Positions 13,640 to 26,954 of a stretch of 64,000 bases of DNA are shown one piece after another; the first letter of the stretch is position 1; each line of letters opens with the position of its first letter. This stretch comes from Vicugna vicugna (taxonomy: Eukaryota). The position numbers and the translations under genes are program-made. The DNA is taken from assembly GCA_013265495.1 (NCBI GenBank), contig MU058423.1:8231627-8295626 (forward strand), written 5' to 3'. Under the pieces are notes generated by a model, which saw only the letters and a list, made by a program, of their open reading frames with translations, was not told where the DNA came from and did no database searches.

Positions 13640-14585
13640 CATCGCGAGGTTCAGTGTAAGCTCTGGAGACAAGCAGTCTGGGGACGTCCCACAGCCTCGC
13701 CCTTGACAAGCTGGGTAACCCTGAGCAGGCGACTTCACCTGCTCATAACAAGATAATGATAGCACCTACTTCAGGGGATTTGTCTTTATTAACATTTCAC
13801 TTTGAAATAACTTTAGAAAAGTTGTAAAAAATTATAGAGAGATTCTATATACTCTTCACCTGACTACTATGAACACCTTACAAAAAGTGCAGTCCAATTA
13901 TCAAAACCAGGGAACTGACGCTGGTACAATACCATTAACTAAAACTGTAGACTTTGGTTGAATTTCACCAGCTTACCCACCAATTTCTCTTTTCTGACCC
14001 ACAAGCCAGTTTAGGATCCTATATTACATTTGGGTCCCATGTCTTCATCTCCTCCAATCTGTGATACTTCTGGAAAGTCCAGGCCAGTTATTCACAAATT
14101 GTCTCTCATGTTTTCTCATGAGTAGGTGGAGGTGATGCACTTCTGGTAAGGGTACCACGGACGGGACGCTATGCCCTTGTCAGCGCATCACCTGGGAAAG
14201 TGCAGGATGCGGCTCTGTCTTACTACTGAGGGGGTTAACCTTGATCGCTTGGCTAAAGTGGTGTACAGGGGACTTCTCCCCTGTAATTAAGAAATATTTA
14301 TGCGGAGATACTTTAAGACCATGCAGATACCCCGTTTCTCATGCTTTCACCACTAATTGCGTCCATCAAGAGTCCTTACCTGCAACAGTTATTCCTACGG
14401 TTTTAGCCCCACGGCGATCTTCTGTTTCTCTATCCCCTCTACATGCGTTAACTAGAATTACGTTGTAAGGAAGAACCCCCCCTCCCCCACATGTTCATTT
14501 GGAGGGGTTTTATGAGGATGAAATGAAGTAACACATTTACAACAGTGCTTGGCACAGGGGGAAGCCTCAGTTAGTATGAACCATT
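13640..14585. mobile_element. MIR (+) split by an old L1 3' fragment (-, ~13785-14490)
   Basis: The MIR 5' half (gctctggagacaagcagtctggg...aataatgatagcacctacttcagggg) resumes at ~14505 (gttttatgaggatgaaatga...cagtgcttggcacag) after an L1M-like insert beginning tttgaaataactttagaaaagttgtaaaaa. Confidence 0.7.
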
Positions 14586-14745
14586 TCTGTTTTTTTTTTT
14601 TAACTGAAGTAGAGTTGATTTACAATGTGAGCCATTTCTAATGTTATTGATGAGACAATATGAAAGTTCTCTGATTCATATAGACATCTTCTGGTTCCGA
14701 ATAAGAGCTTCGAAAATGTTTAAGGGTGTTTCAAAATAGTGTACC

Positions 14746-15157
14746 GTATTCGTTTGCTGGGATGTGGTAACAAAGCACCACAACCTGGCGGCTTAAACAG
14801 CAGAGCTTCATTTTCTCACAGTTTTGGAGGCTGGAAGCCCGCGATTAAGGTGACAGCAGATCTGGTTTCTTCTGAAGCATCTCTCCTTGGCTTGCAGATG
14901 GCCACCCTCCCCCTGTGTCCTCACGTGGCCTTCCCTCTACGTGCAGACCCCTGGCGTCTCTTCCTGTGTCCAGATTCACTCTTCTTACAAGAACGCTGGT
15001 CAGACTGGATTAGGACCCACCCTAAGGGCCTCATTTTAATTTAATCTCTTCTTGAAAGGCCCTCTCTCGAAATACAGTCACATCCTGAGGTCCTAGAGTT
15101 AGGGCTTTGACAAATTAACTTTGCGGGGGTGGGGGGGGCACAATTCAGCCCATAGTA
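14746..15157 (-). mobile_element. MLT1 (ERVL-MaLR) solo LTR
   Basis: Hallmarks: gtaacaaagcaccacaacctggcggcttaaacagcaga...ctcacagttttggaggctggaag...cttggcttgcagatggcc...aaatacagtcacatcctgagg...cacaattcagcccata. Confidence 0.88.
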
Positions 15158-16201
15158 TCCACCGACTTACTTCCAAGAACTGCCATGAAGACGTCATTGC
15201 ACATTTGAGAGAGCTCTCGGAATTGGAAGGCACTGTGCAAACATAAAGCAATAGGGTAAAAAATCATTGCAACCCTTTGTAACCATTTACACACTTTACG
15301 TGCAAACTGCTTCGGCATTCCCTTATGATGGTGTCAGCCCTGCTAATTTGACTGTCACTCCGGGGCTGTCACTGGCTCCGGAAGGCAAACTTCAACCTGC
15401 TGCTGCCTGCCTTATCACACGTTCACACTGATTGGCGCTCACGTTGATTGGTGTGTTTGGCTGGCTTTTCTGTCTTCCTGAGGCTTGGGGCTCCTAGCTG
15501 CTCTCTTCGGGCTGTGCCAGCTACCTCGACAGAGGCCCAAGGGGCATCTCCTTCCCCGAGGCGGCCAGCAGATCCCGGCCTCCTGCCCCCACCAGCTGCC
15601 CAGCGACAGGCAGCGCCTCTCAGCGCAGCGCGTGGTCTCAGGTCCAGGCAGGGTAACAGGCCTTGCGGGCAGGCAGTGAGGACAATGGAGCTCATCTCCA
15701 CAGGGCATTTGGGTAACATTAAATGGGCAAGCACCTATTCACGTCTTGCTGGAACCAGTATCAGACTAAGACACCTGCCTGGAGGCTAATCCTTTCATAC
15801 TATGTTTTCTTGAAGGAGGCCATTTGCAGGTTTTCATAAATCTTAGCCTCCCAGAAGTGGGAAAAGGACACCCATCTCATTCTATCTGTGCAATTTAAAA
15901 AAGGGGACTGATCTCTTCCCACTGAAGGTTTTGCTTATCAGAGGCTAACATGGGCCAGGGAGAAACCGTGGTCCTCAGTGGGCTGGCCTGCCCTGGATAA
16001 GGGAGCAGAGCCAGAGACTCTGCCCGCAGGGCGGCTTGATATCTCCTCAGCCTCTGACATGCTGGGGTCCCCAGCGTCCACACTCCCAGGGAGGCGTGGG
16101 AGGAGGGGACGGAGACAGCTGAACTGCTTCCACCACGAGCCCCGGGCGGGGGGAGGGGGCGCTGACAGTAGCCACACCTTGCTTTAAAATAGTGCTTCAA
16201 A

Positions 16202-16290
16202 GGGGGAGGGTACAGCTCAGCATACACAAGGTCCTGGGTTCAATCCCCAGTACTGCCATTAAACATAAACCTAATTTATCTTTCCCCTCC
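16202..16290 (+). mobile_element. Internally deleted Vic-1-like tRNA-derived SINE
   Basis: GGGGAGGGTACAGCTCAG...GGTCCTGGGTTCAATCCCCAGTAC (B box GGTTCAATCC), with the A box region truncated. Confidence 0.7.
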
Positions 16291-18720
16291 CTCCCCTCTC
16301 AGTATTTTGACAAACACTGAAGGAGAGGAGTCCTCCTTCTGACCTGTCCGGACACTTTCAGGGCACCCCAGGGGGCTTCTCTGTAGGAACTGTCTGTTTA
16401 CCACGCTGTCTCTTTGCAAAAACAAATCACTCTACCGATGAGTTATCCCCACGTCTACAGTTTTGTGGGAAGCCCTGTGTCCATTCCATTTCCTTATTTT
16501 CCCTGCCTGACTCTCAGGTAATTATCACCTCGTGTTTGGCAGCAGCCTTCTAGAATAGCTCCCTAGCCCATCCTGCAAATCTCCAGCACCCCCTACCTCC
16601 CCTGCCCTCCTCCACCTATTCAAATCCTGAAGTTGAAACAAAATCTCTCCAATCGCACCCTATTCCCCTCTCACCTTTGAAGTTCTCTGTGACTGTTGTA
16701 AAGGGGAGGGCGTGCCCCTGTGTGGTGGGAAAGGGGAGGGGAGGTCACCAGGGGCGGACAGGGCCACATATACAAAATTGTGAGGTGATAACATTGTAAG
16801 TCAACTACACTTCAATCAACAAATTTTTTTAAAATATTAAATAATTTTTTAAATTAAATTAAATTAAAAAAAATTATGAGTTGAGTGCATGACCCATCTG
16901 GGGGACTGCAAACCACTCAGTAAGGCTGGGGCCCAAGGCGCAAGGGGGAGAGAGAGAGACGCTGGAGAGGGCACCCGGAGCCGGGTCACAGAGCCTGGAG
17001 TGGAGTTTGGACTTTGTCAGGAGCTGGTGGGAGCCACTGAGCGGCTTTGAGTAGGGGAGTGTCACAAACAGATTTGGAAACGCCGGGAAGCAGAGACCCT
17101 CTGAGGCTGTTGCAATAATCCAAAGTTGACAGTGGCGAGGGAGAAGGAGACGGGATGTCAACTGAAGCGGCGTTACACAGAGTTGTCCTTGGACCAGGGC
17201 CAATTTCTGGATCAATGTCAGTCTTCCCAGTGTTTTTGCTGATCTGCTCTGAGAAAAGGAACTTGTGCCAGAAAGTAAATCCCAGGCAGTTCTCACTTCA
17301 TCCAGAAAGTCTCGCTTTAGGAAAAATTCAGTGTCCTTTGAGCTGAACAGTGCGCCTGGTGAGGTGGTCGATTTACATTCTGGCCCAAGTGCCTTATCTT
17401 TGTGGACCCGTGACAAACAGTTTGCAGAGCGGCACCGTGAGTGGCCCTGACTCAAAGTTCTCTCTGAACCGGTGATGTTTGGAGCAGGGTGAGAGGTGAC
17501 TGTCCTGGTGGGTTAGGAACGGGAGGGAGACAAGACATGCTTATAAGAAGAGCCAGTAAGTCAAGGTTACTGGTCACCCAGGGTGCAGAAGGGGTGACAC
17601 GCTGAAAGGGTGACACAGGAACTAAAACCCTCAGGGCTCAGACTGGACGCCGGATCCTGGAGGAGAACTGACCGTGGCTTGGAGTAGAGCAGAACTGAGT
17701 TCAAATGACAACTTCCTGACATACGCTGTAAACTTATGTTAGCTAGCTAAACTCTCTGAACCTCATTTCTCTGTCAATAAAATGGAGGAAATGATACCTG
17801 CCTCCCAGCGACGCGATCCCATGACCCAGCACACTTTCAGACATTCCCAAGGCCTGGCACGGGACAGGCACTTGCTGAAAAGGTGTTGAACATCATAAAA
17901 AATAAGGAGAAAGGTGATGGGGAGACAGGGGAAGAACACAGGCTGAATGAAGGCAGAGTTGGGAGTATGTGGATTCGCTACTCTGGAATATCAAACTCTG
18001 TAAAAGGGTCGTGAAACCACGAAGAGCTGTGTCCCCAGCAGAGCTATGAAGTCCACTTTCTGCCTCATGTTCCTTTCCCACATTCTTCTTCCGACTCCAG
18101 CGTCTCATTCTGGGGCCCAGCCCATGAGTCATCTTGGCTAAGAGTCCATCCCCAGCGTCGGTCTTGGTCGGATAACAGGGCTCTGCCTTAGTGCCTGTTT
18201 GGTCCTGTTCATGTTGTAGGTACCTACCCAACATCCCAGGTCCCTCCATGAGGCCGCCTGGGCCACTCTTGCCAATCCCCTCCCACAGAGATTCCCAAAC
18301 TCCCCGCTCCATGGCCGTTGTCCCAATACCTACTTGCAGACAGATGCATCTGAGAACCACCAGAGCCCACTGCCACTTTGTGTGGACCTCTTTACAGTTT
18401 GCCTGCAGAACTCTGATGTAGTATTTCCATCCCCCACAAAGTGGCCACCAAACTTTGCAGTCAGAGGAAACTTCTCCCAGGCCTGGGTGAGCCCGGGCTG
18501 CCCTGCCCCCTTCGGTACCTGCCCGCACCTCCACTGTGACAATCTAGTTCTAGATTCAAGCCCTTTGCTGCACGGACCTGGGCTGAGAACAAGCACACGA
18601 TACGTTATGTGTTACGGCAGTTGACTCACAAGTTCTTTCTCTTATGTCATTTAACCCTCACATCAGACTCATGATCTAAAAAAGAATCAGCTTCCCTATT
18701 TTACAGAGAAGGGAAGTCAC

Positions 18721-18832
18721 CTAGCATCATCAACCGCCCCAGAGTGCCCAGGATTAAGAGGTTTCCTGTGCGCAGGACTTTCGGCGCTTAAACCAGGACA
18801 GTCCTGGGCAAACCGGGTGGTTAGTCACCCTA
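18721..18832. mobile_element. MER96-like small hAT MITE inserted in a MIR
   Basis: Ends ...cctgggcaaaccgggtggttagtcacccta. It interrupts MIR-like ctattttacagagaagggaagtcac|ggtcacacagctagtcagagactgagccaggattcgaaccc. Confidence 0.55.
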
Positions 18833-21800
18833 GGTCACACAGCTAGTCAGAGACTGAGCCAGGATTCGAACCCAGGACACCTAACCCAGTCTACACTAGT
18901 TGCATTCAATAAATATTTGTTAAATGAATGACACTTACCTAGTCTGCCTTCTTCCCATTGCATCACGTGCCTCTCATAAACAGCACCTCCTTCAGACTAA
19001 TACATATAGGTCTTATTTGCTTTCTTTTTTCCTGAAATAGTGGTCAGAGGAAGGGGTACAGGGGAACACTGCTTTGCGTGAGAAAAGCATCCTTGCAATT
19101 AACTCCCATGTAGGAATAAAAACCAATACAATCATTTCAACAAAGGAAGTAATTAATCAGAGTCTGTGATTATCTTAAGAAGAACTTGAAATCAAAAGTG
19201 ATTGTGAATGGGCCACTAACCCAGTCAGTATACAAACTCTGCCCAGAAGAGTCAATGTTGTTTGCATATTTGACTATTCAGCACATGCAAATTTGAAGTC
19301 CTAGAATCAGATAAATATAAAACATTGTAAGAGGTATGAAGTGGCCAGCATATCCCTTTAAAGCCCATCTTAGCCTCACTGAAAGCATCTCAGGAAAGAG
19401 GAGAATCTGTGCTCCTTTTAAAAGATCTTCAGTGAGAGCCAAAGAGCTTCTTCAGGTGACACTTTTAACACTGAAACATCACGGAAGGATGAGAGAGAAG
19501 GGGATTGAGGAGAGTAGCTACTTAGCTCAGTATGGAATATCTTTCCCTTTCCTTTCACCCACCAAGTAGGCTTCCGTCCCTCAATAACAGAGAGAGAGAC
19601 AGAGAGAGAGAGAGGTGTTGTTACCCCAGGGGAGTTTGTGGTCCCACGCTGTTTCTAGTGGTGACATTTACGTAGAAAAGGGCAAGTGTTTCTTTACAAC
19701 ATCAGCATTAAAAGTATCAGAGTGTGGCCCCCCCAGGGCCAAGGCTAGCTTGGGACTTTGTGCAAATCACAAAAACTCAGATACTTCACAGGACCAGTTA
19801 GAACAAGGGTCACATCCTCGAGCTGTCACAGCCCCTTTCCACAGTATACAGCTTGACCTCTTGGTTAGTTGAGAGGGAGCTAAATGTCAACCCCACCTTC
19901 TTACCCTCTGCCAGACTCTTGGGCGGGGCACAGCCTCCCGTCACCACCTGCCCACAAGCCTCTGTCAGCTCAGGCTCCCCGCTGTCACCCGGAATGCAAC
20001 TATCCTCCAAGACAATGTCTAGCCTTTTATTTGACATATTTGCTTTATTAGCTTATATTTCCTTTTGGGATAATTAACTCCCAAGACTCAACTTCATTGT
20101 AGGACATCCTTTGTATGCACCCAGCATTTACCTTTTTCACCTATTTACAATTTATATTTGCATCAAGAAACTTCTGAACATCCATCATTCATTCAACAAG
20201 CATTTACAAGATGTCCATAGTGTGTTGGGCACCATACTGGGGACAGAAGTTAGTGACAAGACCGTTATAAGGGGCAGGAGTTCCTAAAGCTAGGGAATAA
20301 AAAAGCCATCCCTGTAAGAGAGAACAGCATCACCCAGTCAAGAAGAAATGCTCGGATAACTGCAGGTCAGCTCAGGGAGGCTGGAGGCGGGCAGTCATTC
20401 TGGAGTTGGCAGACATGCGCCTGGATAATTCGGTACTTTTCCAGGAAGTCGTCTCCAGCAAATCCCCAGAGAAGCAGCTTCTGACCTCTCGCTTTAAGTA
20501 ATCATAAAGCAACCAAGGCTTCCTACAACTTCTTCTCTTATTTTCCAATTCCCAATGCTTTTCCACTGATGAAGACAGTTTAACTCCTGTGTACATCTGT
20601 GCATACCCTACATATTAACCCACATCAGTGTTTTCTGCCGGCAGCCACTGGGAAGGGTGGAGTAGTATGGGTTTCCTGTGACCCAGGAAGAGGAGAAAAC
20701 AAGAGGTTATCAGCTCTGTGCTATGATTAAGCCACTGTGTGTTTCCTTAGAAGTCTGGTTAACCTATCTTAACACAAGATCAAGCACTTGTCTCTGTATA
20801 GCCTCTTAACTGAGGGGTCAGGATCCTTCAAACTCCCAAAGATGCTTTCCATTGGCAGAAAGGTAGCTAAGTAAAGGACTGATTCCATTCAGGCCGTATG
20901 GAGAGCAACACAGAGAAAGGGAAAGGGCTGGGAGAAAGGCTGGGAAGAGCCAGAGGGAAGGGGAGAGGGGCTTTATGGGAAGCGTCTCCGGCTTTACTCA
21001 CTACTGTGAGCAGGCCATGTGCGCGTCCCACCCTCAGGCTCAGCTAGAAGGTGGTCCCCCAGCCTTGCCCTAACTGCCAACCCGAGCTGGTAAAGACAGG
21101 GATAGGATCTGACCCAAGTGCTGTCAACCCACAGTCTGGACAGTGACCTGCGATGCTGCCTGAGAGTGATGACTCCAACGGCGTAACAGTCACGGCGCGA
21201 CGCCCTGAGGGTTTACAGCACACCTGGGAGACAGGCTGTCTCCTTGAATCCTCGCAACAACCCTATGCGGTAGACACTATTAATAGCTCCCCTTTACAGA
21301 TGAAAAACGTGTTTCAAGAGGATTCACAAGCCTCTAAAATCAGAGGATTAGGTCAAACCCCGGTCTATCTGATTCTAGAACCAGGCTCTTGCTCACCTGT
21401 CAGTATTGCCTTTCACGCATTTATTTACTTGTTCAACAAATGTCTCTGTGTAGCCACTGATAAGCGAGCCCGGTGCCGAGTGGGGCTACAGTGGAGGCCC
21501 CCGAGGAGCTTATGCTCCACAGAGGAGGGTGATAAACCGTAAACAAATAATCAGCAGAAATAAGTACAGGTTGCACTAAATGCAATAAAAAACATTATGG
21601 GAGAGAAGTACAGAGAAGCCCTCGGAGATGAGTGTTCAGAAAGATGCCCCTTGAGGAAGGGACATCACACAGATCTGAAGGGTGTGACAGAGCCAGCCAC
21701 GAGGTGGCTTGAGGTAGAGGCGAGGAAACAGCAGGACCCAGAACAGGTCAATCAAGGAAGAGATGGGGGTCAGTATCACTGGGTATCTATGGAGAGTGTG

Positions 21801-21934
21801 ACAGGGACCAGATCGTCAAGGCTCTTACAGACCATCGAAAGAGAATTGTCTTCTAAATGCAATGGCAAGCTATTGGGGGTTGTTAAGCAGTGGAGCGATG
21901 GTTGGTTTACTTTTTGCTAAAAAGAGAGAAGGCA

Positions 21935-22170
21935 CAGAGTGATAGTTAGTAGCATAGAGTCTGGAGTCAGGATGGCTGTGTTCAAATCCCTGACCTGCTG
22001 CTTGCTAGCGACATGACTGTGGGCAACCCCCCATGCCTCAGTTTCTTCATTTTTAAAATGCAGAAACTAACAGTCCCTTCCTCAGAGTATTGTTACAAGG
22101 ATTAAATTAGTCATTATTTGAAAGCACTTACAATAGTGCCTGGCATGTAGTCATATACACACTTGTTAAA
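21935..22170 (+). mobile_element. Near full-length MIR
   Basis: agagtctggagtcag...ttcaaatcc...gcctcagtttcttcatttttaaaatg...ggattaaatta...aagcacttacaatagtgcctggcatgtag. Confidence 0.88.
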
Positions 22171-22399
22171 AAAAATGAGTAAACAAACAAAAATTAATAG
22201 ATGTCTCTACTCATATCTCAATACAAATCTGTCTTCAAGCAAAGACAGAAATGCTGTAGCAAAAACATGCTTTTCTCTTAGCAAAGTCCTTTTGCTTTCT
22301 TCTTGACTTCATCTTCTTTCTTCTCCTCCACTCACATTAGCAACTGCTCCTCCCTAAGGTAACTCGTGTGCGCAAGTCAGTGTTTCCTACCAGACAGTC

Positions 22400-24670
22400 T
22401 TAAATAGGCCCAGGTTAGATACATGGATGTATGCAAAAATATGGCATGTTTTTGTCTTTGTCCTGCCAAAATTAGATCATGCTGCACCACGTTGTTCTCC
22501 ATCAACACTAACCTGTGAGCAATCCCTTCAAGATAACTGGTACAGCTCTAATTCATCATGTCAATGGCTACATCATGGCCCCTGGAGGCAGGTGCCCCAT
22601 AATTTATTCAGCTGTCTCCTAATTGATGGACATTCATTGGCTCACTGTCCTTTTATTGTTATCAACACTGCCTCAGGAAGCATTATTGTTCAAATGCCCT
22701 TACATTCTGACGCTCTCACCTCCGTGGGATGGATTCCTAGATGTGGGACTGCTAGACTAGAGGACACAGTGTTATGTTTTAACAGATGCAGGTGACAGAT
22801 TGCTTGTTAAAAAGGCTCATAACTGCTTCCATTTCCTGTAGGAAGGTAATGGGATTGATCATTTACCTACATCCTTGCCAAAAACAGGTCAGTGTGGATG
22901 GGTGCGAATAAAATTTTATATTTAGTGAATGCTTACATATATGGAAATACATGTATCATAAATATACAACTTGATGATTCTGATAAATGTTTATACCATG
23001 TCACCAACATCACAATCAAGATACAGAAAATTTCCATCACCCCAGAAAATGTCTGTTGCAGCCAAACCTCACCCGTCACAAGCAACCACTGTTTTGATTT
23101 CAATCATCATTTATTAGGTTTGCATCTGATTAAACTTCGTAAGAATAAATTCACACAAGATGTACTTTTTGGTGTCTGGCCTCTTTTGCTGGACACGTTT
23201 TTGAGATTCATTCATGTTTTTGCAAGTACGGGTAGGTAATACTTTTTCAAAATAGGATTTAAATATAATAAAATACATGGGTCTCATATGGTCAGTTAGA
23301 TGAGTTTTAGCAATTTTATACACCCGTGTTACCACCATGTACAACGTTTCCACGATTGCAGAAGTTTCCCTCCTAGTCCTTTAAGTCAATTCCACCCCCT
23401 CCTCACTTCCTCCAGGGGCAACCATTTATCCAATTTCTATTACCATTTATCATTTTAGGCCGTTTTAGAGCTTCATGCAAATGGAATCATAGAATATTTA
23501 CTCTTTATATCTGGTTTCTGTCATCAACATAATCCTGTTTTAATCCATTCTTGTTGTTTCAGGTAAGAGTGGTTTCTTCCTTCATATACCAGCCTCCGTT
23601 TCATGTGTCATAACTTGTCCATCCATTTCCCCCGCTGGTGGACATTTGTGTTGATTCTCCCTTTTCAGATGTTATATATGACTGCTATAAACCTTCTTAT
23701 ATGATCTTTTTGTAGATATAAGTTTTAATTTCTTTTGCTCAGATACTTAGAAATATAATTGCCAGGTTATAGGGTAGATGTATGTTTACCTTTATAAGAA
23801 ACCGGCAAAGTTTTCCAAAATGATTGTAACACTTTGCACTCCTACCACAGACGTATAAGAGTTCTAGTTGCTCCACATCATCTTCAACATTTGGTACTGT
23901 CACTTTTTTTTTTTTTTAGCTATTCTATTGATTGTAAAACGATATTTTTTTTTTGTGGTTTTAATTTGCATCTACCTGATGACTGCAGTGCTGAGTTCCT
24001 TAAGTCTTTCAATGAATAGAGACTTTTCCTTTTATGTTTAATGTTTTTTGCCCTAATGTTTGCCTGCCCCAAAGTCACAAAGCTCACTATGCTTATTATG
24101 TACTTCTGGAAGCATTATACCTTTAGTTTTACATTTAAGTCTTTGATTTGATTAGCCTTACATTTTAGGTCTTTGATTCAGCCCGAATTAATGTTTGTAT
24201 ATGGTGTGAGGTAGAGATCAAGTTCATCCCCTCCTAGCCCCACGTGTTTAGGTGTTTAGTTTTTCCCTCATGGTTGTTGAAAAGGCCTTCCTTTTCCCAT
24301 TAAAATTGTTTTGATTTTTTTAAAAATTCTATTATATATATAGGAATATTTTTGACTCTTTTATTCCACTGATCTGTTTATCTATACTTATGCTGATACC
24401 ATAGTGTGTTTATTACTGTAGCTGCATAATAAGTCTTGAAATCGGGTAGTATATTTGTTCCTTTCCTGTCGATTGTTTTGGTTATTCAATATGCATTTCC
24501 ATATGAACTTTAAAACTGACCTGTCGATTTCTACAAACAGTCTACTTAGATTTTGACTGGAATTGCCTTCTATTTATTAATCAAACTATATTTTGAAGAA
24601 GTTTGTATTAGATTTGTGTTACTTCTGCTTTGAATATGTGAAGAAGCTCATCACTGAAACTACCTGGGCC
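22400..24670 (-). mobile_element. Cluster of old LINE-1 (L1M-type) fragments
   Basis: T-rich L1 antisense motifs: caatcaagatacagaaaatttccatcacccca; aatggaatcat; gttctagttgctccacatc; gtggttttaatttgcatc; tatggtgtgaggtag; aagtcttgaaatcgggtag. Confidence 0.8.
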
Positions 24671-24679
24671 ATTTCTTTC

Positions 24680-26230
24680 ATACATCACAGATTACTTGGT
24701 GTATCCCTCTCAGCTCTTTCCATTGGGAAAATTGTCCTCTCCACTAGCCTTCAAGGCCAACCCTGATTGTAGCTATAATGCAACTGCTGTTAATTTCTAG
24801 CTTGCACTCACATACCAAGACCAGTTGTTGACAAACCAAGCTCAGGCTTTTTCATCCTCCCTCAGATAACCAGAGACTCCTAATGTGGCCATAGGTGTGA
24901 GCTGGTGGGGAGGGCACTTGAGCAACTCTAGAGAGTTATATGCAGTGTACTTGTGCCTTCTGGCCATACTCTGGCTTAGTCACAGATGAGCCATTTTGAT
25001 AAACTGCTGGTGGGTCACTCCAGTTTGTGATCTGGTGAGCCCCACAGCTGCATTTCCAGTACAGTTAGGTGTCAGCCATTTGGCCCAAATGATGGGGCTG
25101 TTTGCACCACAGACTTGATCTACTGAAGAACTCTGTCCTGCTCTGGGCCCCACTCAAAGCTAGTGGTATTCCTAGGTGTATAATGTACTACCCCACAGAA
25201 CCCAAAGATGCCTGCTGTACCCGCAGAACCTGACAAAGGCACTGAGCTTCCTTCTTTGTGGTGGCAGATGCAGGATGTATCTTATACTTTGGAGGGGATA
25301 GCCCAGCACACTCCTGACCACTGGATCCATAAAAATATCCAGGTCCCTGAATCTTCATAGAATGTACTTACCTTGCATGTGCCTTATGAAGTCTTCTAGA
25401 GTACTATTCAATCAGCATGGTGTCATTGATAGAATGAATCAATATCATTTTCAGTGGGATTTCAAGATGACCCAAGTATCTTCAGACTATATGGCTAGAG
25501 AGGGAAGAGAGTCAGCATAGTCCTGGGTCAAAGCTGCACGTGACTATTATTTGTGTCATATGAGTGAAAACTGTTTCTGATCTTCTTTCCAACTGGAATT
25601 TTTAAAAGCACATTGCCTAAGTCAGTTACCACATACCATGTATCTGTGGTGTTATTAACCTATTTTATCTTATTTATCTAGCAATCAAACCTCCTCCAGC
25701 ACAGTAGCTGCAATCAGAGGTATCCCTTGTTTGAGCCTGTGGTTTTCTGCAGTCATTCTCCAGGACCATCCAGTTTTTGCAGGAGCCAGCCTGGTGACTT
25801 AAATGAAGGTACAGATAGAGTAGTGCCGATCACCCCTGCATCCTTCAGGTCTTTAGTGGTAGCATGAATCTCTGCCATCCCTCTACTCCCAGGATATAAT
25901 TTCCCTTTGTTTGCTACCTTGGCTGGGGAGAGCAGAGCAGTTTCAGAGGTTTCCACTCGGCCTTCTCCACCATGATATCTCTTTCTCCTTAGGCCAGTGA
26001 TCCAATATGGAGGTTCCTCTAACTGCAAGTATGTTGATCCTGGTCATGCATTTGGGTATTTGAGAAATGATCACCAGGTAGATCTTGGGACCTAGTGGAT
26101 CCCCTGTTGCTATAATTTAGCCAGAAATTTGTTATAAATCTCTAGTCTAATGGAGGGGAGGGGGACCAGGATGACACTGGGTCTGGGTATCAACTCAGAC
26201 TCTATGTTCCTTGAACTGATGAGGTATTCC
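24680..26230 (-). mobile_element. Degenerate ERV-L internal region (pol/reverse transcriptase remnant)
   Basis: ORF 25753-26028 contains GMAEIHATTKDLKDAGVI...SFKSPGWLLQKLDG, resembling ERV-L RT GIAEISATIKDLKDAGVV...PFNSPIWPVQKTDG. At 25439-25407 it reads IHSINDTMLIE, a decayed HYIDDIMLIG motif. Confidence 0.8.
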
Positions 26231-26239
26231 TTTTCCCTA

Positions 26240-26776
26240 GGGAGGCTTCTGAATTAAGATGACCCTTCAGTGCCATCTCAAGTTGGGGTGAGAAGGTCAA
26301 GCCTTTTTGTCCCCATGATGATTAGTCATTGGATATGAGCTGCCCTGAAGAGGGCTTATGTCAGCCAGAGCATTCCCAGCAGCCATGGTAATTAGTCCCC
26401 CATTCCTGAAGAGACATTTGTTATAACACCGTGTCTACCACAGAAATGCTCTTGGAAACCATGTCTGTAAGGGAGAAGGGGAAGTATGACTGGGCAGAAC
26501 TTGAACTGTTTTGGAGCTGTGACAGAAAGCCCCGCCAGCTCTACAGGGAACTCTGGCACTGACGTGGCCCTTCAGCGTTGTCCTTTATTGATGACCTTTA
26601 TGCCCTTGCTTCAGCCAGCATTAGATGCCGGCTGTCCTGGGGGAAAGGGTGCAATCTTGGGCTGAGGACAACGCTCAAGGAGGGAATCAGCTGTGAGCTG
26701 CCAACAGCTCAGGTGGGGAAATGAGTGCCTTAGTCCTGCAGGGAATATCGGGGTGGTGAACCACCAGTCTCCACAA
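26240..26776. mobile_element. ERV-L LTR fragments (LTR33-like), apparently two partial copies
   Basis: Two related blocks (cccttcagtgcc...gtcattggatatgagctgccctg and cccttcagcgttgtcc...gcattagatgccggctgtcctgg) adjacent to the ERV-L pol remnant. Confidence 0.5.
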
Positions 26777-26954
26777 TAGGAGTCATCAGCATAGAGATGG
26801 CAATTTAGGTCATGGATGGGCTCATAGGGGGGAAAATGCAGAGAGTAAAAGAAAAAGGACTCAGGACCTAGCCCTAAGTCAAACTATTAGAAGTCAGTTA
26901 GAGAGCTGGTAAAAGAGACGGAGAAAGAGCAGTCAGTGTGGTAGGAGGAAACCC

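Noticed and set aside
16874..17455. 193-aa minus-strand ORF
   Set aside because: It overlaps degenerate L2-like sequence and has no coherent domain.
17893..18534. 213-aa minus-strand ORF
   Set aside because: No recognisable protein family and no supporting gene structure; consistent with a chance ORF.
24120..24180. Short local tandem duplications (also 17588-17616 and 54280-54300)
   Set aside because: Ordinary slippage events with no evidence of function.
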